A stretch of 64,000 bases of DNA from a virus (lineage: Duplodnaviria; Heunggongvirae; Uroviricota; Caudoviricetes). The stretch spans positions 1 through 64,000 of the IMG/VR virus record IMGVR_UViG_3300010347_002503. One strand, given 5' to 3'. The notes beneath the pieces were generated by a model, which worked only from the letters and a program-made list of their open reading frames with translations, was not told the origin of the DNA and ran no database searches. The position numbers and the translations under genes are program-made. Numbering within the stretch: position 1 is the stretch's first letter; every line of letters starts with the position of its first letter. Positions 33,098 through 42,800 of the stretch are shown here, in pieces.

Positions 33098-33873
33098 TGT
33101 CTAAAAATGAACTATTTATACACAACACACATATGAAAAAATCAGATCTAATCAAACTCATCAGGGAAATCGTGAGGCAAGAAATTAAAAAAGAGCTTCC
33201 GAATGCCCTCGCTCAGTGGTTCGCCCTCAATGTTATGGGCCAATCACAACAGTCAAGAGTTCAGTCCATCGACACGACTAAGAATCTTTCAAAGAATGAA
33301 CAACCTGTTTCTCAACCCCAAATTCCCGCCGATGAGGTGGATAAAATGGCATCATTGAAATCTCAACTTCAAGAAATGTTCAATGGTGGTGCTCCAATTC
33401 AGAAAGCAACATCTCAACAAACATCACCGCAACAAAAGAGATTTACAAGTAATCCAGTTTTGAATGAAATTTTGAATCAAACCAAACCATTTAATAATTC
33501 CGAAAGAATGGCAAACCGTGTAGGAGGTGGTGGAGCGGCGGTAATGTCTCCCGGCGTGGCAATGGCAGCAGCACAATTCACCCCCGCTGCCTCAACAACC
33601 GGAGTGGGGGAAATGATGAGCGAATCCGATTTGGAATTTATGAAGAATGTTCCCAGTATGCCGGGAGCTAATGATCCTGTTTTAACAGAATTGCCTGCTT
33701 GTACGGCTCCTGTCCTACAAGAAGGGCAAGAAGGCGGTCCTGCTCCAATGGAAGGAATGGCAATAGATTCGGCATTGGATTTGAAAAATCATCCTGCACT
33801 TCCAGATAGTATCAAAAATATTTTAAGTCGTGATTACCGTTCATTGGTAAGAGCGATGGATAAGAAGAAATAA
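33097..33873 (+). CDS. hypothetical structural-module protein
   Basis: TAATG coupling; Gln- and Ser-rich. Confidence 0.45.
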   Translation: MSKNELFIHNTHMKKSDLIKLIREIVRQEIKKELPNALAQWFALNVMGQSQQSRVQSIDTTKNLSKNEQPVSQPQIPADEVDKMASLKSQLQEMFNGGAPIQKATSQQTSPQQKRFTSNPVLNEILNQTKPFNNSERMANRVGGGGAAVMSPGVAMAAAQFTPAASTTGVGEMMSESDLEFMKNVPSMPGANDPVLTELPACTAPVLQEGQEGGPAPMEGMAIDSALDLKNHPALPDSIKNILSRDYRSLVRAMDKKK

Positions 33874-33876
33874 CAT

Positions 33877-34293
33877 ATGGCAACAACCAAGACGCCCCTT
33901 GGATTGATGATTCCAATCCAAAATGGAAATAGTGGGTATTTTGATCAAGCATACGACACTTTTACCCAAAAACGTATGAACATCATAAACCTGTTACGTA
34001 CTCGTATTGGGGAACGTCGAATGCAACCATTATTTGGGTCTCGTCTTTGGACTGTTGCTTTTGAACAAAATACAGAACTCCTTCCAGAAATCATCCGAAA
34101 TATTGTTACCGAAGATATAAATCGGTGGATTGATGGGGTTTCTGTAAAAAAAGTCACGGTATCTATCCCTAAAATCAACGAAACAACGGATTACCGAGAT
34201 ATTTATACAGTGCTGGTCCAAGTAAATTTTGTGGATGTGACTTCCCAACAGGAAGGTTCGATAGAGATTTATATTGACAGCGGCAAATTATAA
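33877..34293 (+). CDS. baseplate wedge protein, gp25/GPW family
   Basis: RMNIINLLRTRIGERRMQPLFGSRLW matches the gp25-type core (lysozyme-like fold). Confidence 0.75.
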   Translation: MATTKTPLGLMIPIQNGNSGYFDQAYDTFTQKRMNIINLLRTRIGERRMQPLFGSRLWTVAFEQNTELLPEIIRNIVTEDINRWIDGVSVKKVTVSIPKINETTDYRDIYTVLVQVNFVDVTSQQEGSIEIYIDSGKL

Positions 34294-34627
34294 TATGTCT
34301 AAATACACTAGAAAATGTCCGGAGTGTCGGCGGAAAATAGTCCACGCCAATAGAGACATTCTCTTAAAATCCGTTAAAGAAAACAGGTTGTGTAAATCGT
34401 GCTGTCAAACTGGTAAAACATTTTCAAAGGAACTTTGTTATATTGATGGATATGATAAAGAACATAATGTTGTTTTGGAATATGATTCAAAATACCATCT
34501 GAAACTTTCTCAGCAAAACAAGGATAAAAAGAGACAACAAAAAATTATAGATATTTTGAAACCACGTAGGTTTTGGAGATATGATGCGGTCAACAAAACG
34601 TTTGTTAACGTTGTAGGAGAATCATAA
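34274..34627 (+). CDS. small Zn-finger protein, possible free-standing nuclease
   Basis: CPECRR...CKSCC plus a DGYDKEHNVVLEYD acidic/His patch; sits between gp25 and gp6. Confidence 0.35.
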   Translation: MTAANYNMSKYTRKCPECRRKIVHANRDILLKSVKENRLCKSCCQTGKTFSKELCYIDGYDKEHNVVLEYDSKYHLKLSQQNKDKKRQQKIIDILKPRRFWRYDAVNKTFVNVVGES

Positions 34628-36606
34628 TGGCGACTACTGTTCAGAAATCATTTGCCCCTAACAGCAAAGATGTGCGATATCTCAACCGGGATTTTACCCA
34701 GTTAAGACAATCGCTTATGGACTTTGCCAAAACGTATTTTCCGAATACGTACAACGACTTCTCAACGGCTTCTCCCGGCACCATGTTCATCGAAATGGCG
34801 GCATATGTTGGAGACGTGTTGTCCTACTACACAGATTATGCTTTCAAAGAAAGTCTAATTCAAAATGCTACCGAAAGACGGAATATTTTGAACTTAGCAA
34901 AGTATTTGGGTTATAAAGTAAAACCCATTCAAGGAGCGGTTGGAACCGTAGAACTATATCAGCTTTGTCCTTCAAAGGTTTCTACATCAGATTCCTATGT
35001 TCCCGATTCTGATTATTGTCTGTTGATTAAAGAAGGTATGCAGGTTTCCAACAACGCCGGAGCTTATTTTATATTAAATGAGACAGTCGATTTTTCGGTA
35101 AGTACATCCTTATCTCCACGAATCGATACGGTTTATTCAAGGTTTCCAGATGGAACGCCTGAATTTTTCCTTCTTCAAAAAACGGGTAAGATATCGGCAG
35201 GAAGAATCGTCACAAAAACTTTCACGGTTGGAAATCCTGTTCCTTTTTATAAGATAAGTTTGGATGACACAAATGTTCTTGGAATTCTCGATGTCGTTGA
35301 CGACAATAATAACAAATGGTATGAAGTTGATTATCTAGCACAAGAGCTTGTTCCGATTGCCGTTCCCAACGATGCTGAACATGAAGGGGAACTTTCAACC
35401 TATAAGGATTCCGTTCCTTATATTTTAAGATATCTGAGAACCCCACGACGGTTTACAGTATCCATAGATGAAAACAATATAACATCGATAGAATTTGGAG
35501 CCGGAATAGAAGGATTTTCCGAAGAGTTCGTAACATTCGATTCTCGATTGATTGGTGTTGGTCTGAAAAATATCAACAAATACAATGTACCTCTAGATCC
35601 CGCAAACTTTCTCAAAAATGAAACATATGGCATTGCACCATCAAATACAACATTAACTGTAAGATATCTGGTGGGTGGAGGTATTGATTCAAATTCCCCC
35701 TCGAACTCTATTCGAAATATTGTTTCAGTTGAATTTGCGAATTCCACGGATGGATGGCCTCCGGAAAAGATAGAATTGATGACAACCGTTCAAAATTCTC
35801 TTCAAGTGGACAATTCAACTGCCGCAGTTGGTGGGAAAGAAGGGGAGACGGATGACGAAATCAAACAGAATGCCATTGCTCATTTTGCAACTCAGAATCG
35901 AGCGGTTACCCGAGACGATTATTTGGTTAGAGTGTATTCTATGCCATCCAAATTTGGATCAATTGCTAAAGCACAAGTCATCACCGATACAAATCTTGAT
36001 GTTGCATCTAACAGAGTTCTTAATGGTATCATCGATCCTTCCAATATAGGAGCCGTAACCAATATGGGTTTGGATACCTATTTCAGGAAACTGACATATG
36101 ATATCAATAATCCGTTTTCCATCAATGTGTATCTTTTAGCATATGATGCGAACAAAAACCTTGTTCCTGCTAATCGGGCTTTAGTGACAAATTTGATGAC
36201 TTATTTGAAACGATACCGCATGATGACAGATGGTATCAATATTATCGATGGTTATGTTATAAACATTGGTGTTAATTTTTCAATTACCGTTTTCAAAGGA
36301 TACACCAAAAAAGACGTATTGTATGATTGCATTACAGCAATTCAGAATTTTTTCAACATTGACAATTGGAACTTTTCACAGCCTATTAACTTGAGCCAAT
36401 TGCGTCTCGAAATCGCAAAGGTCGAAGGGGTTCAAGCCGTGGTTGACTTGGAAATCGTTAACAAAACAGTGTTGGACGGAAACTACTCAACGGTTGAGTA
36501 TGATATTCAGGCTGCAACCAAAAACGGAATCATTTATTCGTCAGTTGACCCCGCTATTTTTGAAATTAAATATCCGGACACGGATATTGTAGGAACTGCA
36601 CTCTAA
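34627..36606 (+). CDS. baseplate wedge protein, gp6/Baseplate_J-like
   Basis: 659 aa (T4 gp6 is 660 aa); positioned directly after gp25 with ATGA coupling. Confidence 0.55.
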   Translation: MATTVQKSFAPNSKDVRYLNRDFTQLRQSLMDFAKTYFPNTYNDFSTASPGTMFIEMAAYVGDVLSYYTDYAFKESLIQNATERRNILNLAKYLGYKVKPIQGAVGTVELYQLCPSKVSTSDSYVPDSDYCLLIKEGMQVSNNAGAYFILNETVDFSVSTSLSPRIDTVYSRFPDGTPEFFLLQKTGKISAGRIVTKTFTVGNPVPFYKISLDDTNVLGILDVVDDNNNKWYEVDYLAQELVPIAVPNDAEHEGELSTYKDSVPYILRYLRTPRRFTVSIDENNITSIEFGAGIEGFSEEFVTFDSRLIGVGLKNINKYNVPLDPANFLKNETYGIAPSNTTLTVRYLVGGGIDSNSPSNSIRNIVSVEFANSTDGWPPEKIELMTTVQNSLQVDNSTAAVGGKEGETDDEIKQNAIAHFATQNRAVTRDDYLVRVYSMPSKFGSIAKAQVITDTNLDVASNRVLNGIIDPSNIGAVTNMGLDTYFRKLTYDINNPFSINVYLLAYDANKNLVPANRALVTNLMTYLKRYRMMTDGINIIDGYVINIGVNFSITVFKGYTKKDVLYDCITAIQNFFNIDNWNFSQPINLSQLRLEIAKVEGVQAVVDLEIVNKTVLDGNYSTVEYDIQAATKNGIIYSSVDPAIFEIKYPDTDIVGTAL

Positions 36607-36607
36607 T

Positions 36608-39082
36608 ATGCACCATCACTTATATCCAGTCGAAGACACGTATATCACAAACTTGTCTGGTTATGAAGACAAGAATTTCGGGATAAACGAAATTCTTCGT
36701 ATTGGGACGTACAATAAACATGTGCGGTCTCTGCAAAACACAAAAGATTTCACTTATATAGGGGTTGTTTGGAACAATTATTGCGCCACAAGTTTTACCG
36801 GATTTTTTTCGGGTTCATTTTCTGGGAATGCCATATCAGTAGATGGCGTAATTGCATCAAGTGCATCTTTCACGGCATCATATTTTAGTGGTTCCATTGA
36901 TGGAGCGGCTATTGCCGAATACAGTGGGGGTATTTCCGGAAGTATTTCCGGTAGTGTAACGGGTTCCTTGAGTGCCAGTTTTGTTCCAAATTTCTCCGGA
37001 ACAATGACGGGTTCAAGCGGAAGATTTACCGGAACGGTTACCGGAATCGATACTATCAATGAAAAATGGTGGGATACGACAACTACAAAATTTATTGACC
37101 GAACTCTTATAAAGTTTGACATAACCGCCATTTCGGAATCTATCGCTAGCGGTGAGATTACAGATCCAAAATTTAAGCTAAATTTGAAGGTATGTAATGA
37201 ATGCGAACTTCCTATTACCTACGCAATTTACGCATTTCCAGTAAGCCAAAGTTGGATAATGGGAAATGGATATTACTCAGATGGTGGTTCGGACACAGGC
37301 GCAAGCTGGTATTACAGAGATTACAATCCCGGAACAGCTTGGTATTCTCCGATCACCACAAGTTTACGTCCGGTGGTTGATTTCCTAAATAATCCCGCCA
37401 ATGCAACAGCATCATTTGCCTATGGTGGTGGAACGTGGTATTACAATAGTAGCTCTAAACAGACATTCTCTTACGAATCATCGGATATTTCGATGGATGT
37501 AACGGATATCGTAATGGCGTGGATTAGCGGTACTCTTCCAAACCATGGATTCATTTTGATGTCATCGGATGAAATTGTGAACAGTGGTTCTGGTTTCTCC
37601 TTGACGTTTTATAGTAAAGATACCAATTCCATCAATTCTCCATACCTTGATGTCATGTGGAGTGACTACGTATGGAATGTTGGACAGGTTGGAACCTCTA
37701 GTGTAACGATTGAAACCGAATCAGGAATAGATGCTGTAGCCCAAACTGGTTCGACGTTTTCAATAAATGCTGGTGTGGACGGCACGTTTTCAGGGAATGC
37801 CATCATCTTCACTAACGTTTATTATATTACCGCAAGTAACGTAGCAGTTACGGAATCTGTTCAACAATTTACAGGAAGTTTCACAGGAAGCCTGACAACA
37901 AATTTTTCTACGGTAAACGGAACAGTAAGCGGAACAGTTACGTTGGCGAGTGCTACTTATTTTAGTGGTTCCATCGACGGTGGACCTATTTCCGAATCTC
38001 CTATTGGTCCATTAACTGGAAATTTCTTATTTGGGTTAATGACAGGTTCGTTAATTTCGGCCAGCCTTGATTATTTTGAAGGGTCACTAACCGCACAAAT
38101 GGCAACCATTACAGCCTTCATTACAGATGCTTATTATCTCGACACAATCAACTACTATGCAAGCGGTATTTTCCTTGGTAATGGATTAACTGGAAATATT
38201 GCTAATCTTCCAGTAATAGGTGCTTATACTGGTTCTTTAACTATTCTTTCACAATCAATAACTGGACCATGTGGTTCCGTATTCAATGCTCAAATTATTT
38301 CTGCATCATTTACGGACGGTGTTTGGAGCGAGTTGATGTTTTCCGGATACTATGTAGATGGTAGATTTGAAAATGTGTATTTTACGGGTCAATGGCCAGC
38401 TACAACAATCGTAGGGGCTCATGTGGTTATTCCACTCCCATCAGGTATTGACCCATATGCATACGCAACTGTAACCAGTCCGTTTGTCTGGGGAACAGCC
38501 TTTGGAACATATAACGTCACTCGGTCAATTGAAGATACGTCAAGTGTGGCATTAGATAGTGCTAGTTTCTCCGGTCAGTTTATCGACGGTCCATTAGTCG
38601 GAGGCTATTTGAACCTCCAGTTGAGCGGAAGTATCTACACTTCGAGTTATACTTACACAAGTAGCGTAGAAATAACTTCAAGCACATTCACTCCATTGGA
38701 TACCAATCGTGCCTTCACGGTTATTATAAAAGACCTCAAGCCGACCTACAAAGGTGGGGATCTTGCCAGAATAAAAGTATTCGGAAGACGAGAGTTTCCT
38801 CTTAAGACCTTCGAAAGGACTTCCCAACAATCTGGGTATGTCGTTCCTGAACTGTTGCCAACTTCGTCATACTATGCCATCAAGGATAATATGAGTGAAG
38901 AAATAATTGTGGACTTCGATAATTATACTAGGTTAAGCTGCGAGTATCCTTATGGAAACTTCTTTATATTGGATACCACTGGTTTAGCTCAAGAAAGATC
39001 CTATCGCATCCTTATCAGGGTCGAAAATAGTGGGTCGAAATATACGTTCGATAATGGCGACGTGTTCAAGATAACGAGATAA
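36608..39082 (+). CDS. large baseplate/fibre protein with Gly/Ser-rich (xTGS/xSGS) repeats
   Basis: 824 aa; the YFSGSIDGGPI module is shared with the 1987-aa protein. Confidence 0.5.
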   Translation: MHHHLYPVEDTYITNLSGYEDKNFGINEILRIGTYNKHVRSLQNTKDFTYIGVVWNNYCATSFTGFFSGSFSGNAISVDGVIASSASFTASYFSGSIDGAAIAEYSGGISGSISGSVTGSLSASFVPNFSGTMTGSSGRFTGTVTGIDTINEKWWDTTTTKFIDRTLIKFDITAISESIASGEITDPKFKLNLKVCNECELPITYAIYAFPVSQSWIMGNGYYSDGGSDTGASWYYRDYNPGTAWYSPITTSLRPVVDFLNNPANATASFAYGGGTWYYNSSSKQTFSYESSDISMDVTDIVMAWISGTLPNHGFILMSSDEIVNSGSGFSLTFYSKDTNSINSPYLDVMWSDYVWNVGQVGTSSVTIETESGIDAVAQTGSTFSINAGVDGTFSGNAIIFTNVYYITASNVAVTESVQQFTGSFTGSLTTNFSTVNGTVSGTVTLASATYFSGSIDGGPISESPIGPLTGNFLFGLMTGSLISASLDYFEGSLTAQMATITAFITDAYYLDTINYYASGIFLGNGLTGNIANLPVIGAYTGSLTILSQSITGPCGSVFNAQIISASFTDGVWSELMFSGYYVDGRFENVYFTGQWPATTIVGAHVVIPLPSGIDPYAYATVTSPFVWGTAFGTYNVTRSIEDTSSVALDSASFSGQFIDGPLVGGYLNLQLSGSIYTSSYTYTSSVEITSSTFTPLDTNRAFTVIIKDLKPTYKGGDLARIKVFGRREFPLKTFERTSQQSGYVVPELLPTSSYYAIKDNMSEEIIVDFDNYTRLSCEYPYGNFFILDTTGLAQERSYRILIRVENSGSKYTFDNGDVFKITR

Positions 39083-39083
39083 T

Positions 39084-39824
39084 ATGTCCTATAGAGAATA
39101 CTACAGTCAAGACATAGCAAATTTTCAGAGATACGGAACTTACAATTATCAGTATGATGAAGTTGGGAATCTCATTTTTAATTCGTCATCTGGAAATTTT
39201 CATCAAGTCTTTCTTGGGCTTCCGCTTCAAAACTTCATCTATGACACTACTAAAATCATAGGGTTTTATGACCCAACATTTACAGAGTTCGTTACGCAAA
39301 CCGAAAACGTAACAACAGAAGAACAACTTCAAGAAATGCAAGATGAATTAGAAGCTCAGAAAGCTCAAACCGAAGAATTGACAAACGAATTGGAAAGATT
39401 GATAGAGGCCAGTGAATCCAATACAACAGAAGCCGAAAAAGAAGCGGCACGTCAAGTTATTTTGGAACTGAGAAAGGCTCTTGGAGAAGGAAGAGTAGAT
39501 TCAGATTTTTCAACCGATTTTCCTTACACGCCTCTGATAAAGCCATCAAGTATTGCAGCACCAGAAGAAACTACATCTACACCAACAGTTACACCAACAC
39601 CAACACCAGTAACAATATCCTCTGTTGTACCCGTTCCGGAACCAACAACTAAAACCTTATCTCCAAGCGTAGAGGAACTAAAAGCACAGGCTTCGGCCTC
39701 AGCAGCTTTACAAGCTTCGGCCTCAGCAGCAGCACTAGCAACTGCAATGAAGAATGCCGTTAGCCAATGGAAAGAGGAAAACAGAACTCTCCGTGGCTCT
39801 CGAAAACCATACTATTCTAGATAA
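39084..39824 (+). CDS. coiled-coil / Thr-Pro linker structural protein
   Basis: TPTVTPTPTPV linker and ASASAALQASASAA repeats. Confidence 0.45.
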   Translation: MSYREYYSQDIANFQRYGTYNYQYDEVGNLIFNSSSGNFHQVFLGLPLQNFIYDTTKIIGFYDPTFTEFVTQTENVTTEEQLQEMQDELEAQKAQTEELTNELERLIEASESNTTEAEKEAARQVILELRKALGEGRVDSDFSTDFPYTPLIKPSSIAAPEETTSTPTVTPTPTPVTISSVVPVPEPTTKTLSPSVEELKAQASASAALQASASAAALATAMKNAVSQWKEENRTLRGSRKPYYSR

Positions 39825-39825
39825 T

Positions 39826-42800
39826 ATGGCTATCCCATATCCATACACAACAGATAACGTCAACCACATAAACACCGGTTCATATTTTGATGAAACCGAA
39901 ACCAAGATGTTTGTGAATGGCTATGGTACCGATTTGTGGTATGGTTTTGGAGAGACCGATGTTATCGAACTGTCTGTTTTTGATTTGGACCAAAATCCGT
40001 TAGGTTGGGCGACAATCAACTCCGAAAAATCCTACAAAACCGTCCAAATGACCTATCAGGATGCTTTGAATAGGCCAATAACATACAATTATCGAGAACT
40101 TCTAACAGACTTCATTCTCTACAAAAACGCAAAGATTCTTGTAAATCCGATTGAACAACTTTCGGCGTCATTTGGAATTACAAGTGGTAGCTATTTCGTA
40201 GCTTACAACTTTGTGCGTGAGATGGCCGGAACTCCATCTTTTCCATTGGCGGTAAAGGATATCTCTCCATCCAGAAAAGAAATCAAACTCATTCCAATTG
40301 GAAGCAATACGCCACGCTATGAGGCATTTTGCCGAAAGAAGTTTCAAGTTAAAGACGTTGCACCACTTCTTTTGCAGCTTACAAATCAATGTCCTTACGA
40401 CCAAATTTACAATCAAGTTAAAACAAAATACGCTAATGAAATAGCATTTCTTAAGCAGTTACTTTTCTTGACCTCCGATGGAGCAATGATGGCATTCCTC
40501 AAAACTATCTATGAGGATACTGTCATTTACACGAACCCAACCGGAACTCAACCCATCGAAAAAATCAAAAGAGTTCAAGGTATTCGAAATTATTATCAGA
40601 ATCTTCTCTTATCCAATTACGAAACCATTTCAGATTTTATCGCTATTGACGATGCCTATGATGCGTTTGTCATAGGTAGGATAGAACAACAGTTCAAACC
40701 TTACGGAAATCAAACAAGTCCGGAGTTTATTGCTGCCAAACAGTTCTTAGTGGAATTTTTCACAACGGAATTCTATCACAAAATAACCGTTTCAACGAAA
40801 GCGGCGTTTGAAGAAAAATACTTCTCATACTTTAAGAATGCTCTGAACATCGGCAATAATACGATGTTCCAAATCATCGACCACACTTATTTGGATGAAC
40901 GTCTTGTTGAAACAGACCCATTAACACTCCTAATCAAACTCAAAAGTGAGCTACCTGACGAAATTAAAATTCAGACACCGTGTTGGATTACTAACATAAG
41001 CATTGCTCCCTACATAATCAATGCAGTTGTGCGATCATCTGGTGGGCGTCAAACTATCAAAATTTCTCCTCCAAATTTCCTAGCTCATTCGGACAACATT
41101 AGTCTTTACAATAGCAATGAATCCTTCACTGCCGCCGATTTACGAAACGATCCGACGCTTCAACAAACGATCAACGTCAATAAAACGTTGAGCGAATTGC
41201 AAGTTGATTATACCGATTTTCATAACTTTGTTGTCTTTTCGTCTGCGGCTCAACGATTGAAGAACTTCAAAACCAAGATTTCAACATGGTACATGCTTAG
41301 TTCTTCTCTGGAGGCGTTAGAAACCGAAGCTAGTCGTTCTTTAGCATCTGGAACTCTTTATCCACAATACTCTCTGGAAAAAAGTTCTCTGGAGAGTCAA
41401 ATGAATGATATTGTCAACTCATTTGACGGCTATGAATCTTATTTATTTCAAACTGGTTCTTATGCTTACAACCCACAAACCAAAGAATTTGTAAATGCTT
41501 CCTATGTCGCCGACCAAGATACCGATGCAATTCTCTATGACAAATCCAATCGAGACAGTCTGATAAATAATACCCCAGACCACATTGTTTTAGATTCAAG
41601 TAATGATGAATACTTGACATTTTTAAACATGGTTGGTCATTTCTTTGACAACCTCTATCTTTACATAACCAACCTCCCATCGGAGAAGGTCATTCAGAAT
41701 AATTCAACCAGAGCATTCTCTAAGCAAATGGTTGATTATATGTTAGAAACGTTTGGGTGGAAGATTGGTACAACCTATGAAGATTTAACTTCCGAAGACG
41801 TTTATACAACCGGTTCATCGCAAATGACCGCTGAGGACAGAGCGAAGACCATTCAAACAAGAGTGCTTAATGCTCTCCCTCAAATCTACAAAACAAAAGG
41901 AACCGAAGAATGCATCCAACTTTTTCTTTCCTGTTATGGTATTCCATCAAATCTTTTGGATATTCGAGAATATGGTAACAATGACTATTCCACGTCATCT
42001 TTGGTAACTTATACCAAGAGAGAACGAGTTTGCATGTTGGAAAACTCGGCGTCATCTTCGACTATTTCAATTGGATATGCTCCGAAACCAAATATTAGAA
42101 CAATTGAATTCAAGCTTTTATTGGATAAGCCCGAGTCAGCTAACATCCGAGAACCTCAGTTTATCGTATCTTCCTATCAAAGCTACAGAATGTTATGGGA
42201 TTTTAATTGGTTTTATCATAGTCGATTTCCATATCTTGTCCCTAACTTCATTAATCTTGGATACTATATTTATTTCACCCTTCCCGCATGGCGTATTGGA
42301 TATGTTAGAGAATATGGAAATATGGGTAGAATCATTGCTGAAATTCCAGAAATTTCCGCAAGTTTATACTCCACCGGATTAATTGGAACATTTACGGGAG
42401 TTTGGTCTGGTAGTGCTCAAAGAGCAAATGGAAGTGTTTCATCTAATGCGTTTTTTATCTCTTCTTATTTCAGCGGATCGATTAATGGTGGTCCAATTGT
42501 TCAGATTTCTGGAAGTGTATCTGGAAGTGTATCCGGAATAGTTACGGGATCTCTCAAAACATTGACCGTTCTTAATTTTTCAGGAGAACTTACAGGAGCC
42601 AACGGTCAATTCCTCGATGGAACATTTAATCAAACTGGAAATACGTACGCCGTAACGTCACAATGTAATTCAAAAATTGCTTATAATTATCCTCCAGTTT
42701 TTCGATTAACCAGTAGCCTTTTACCTTTGTTTGACGGCGAGATTTTCAATGTCCGCTTGCGTCGAAACGCACCCGATCCAACCTACCAATATTTCCAAGA

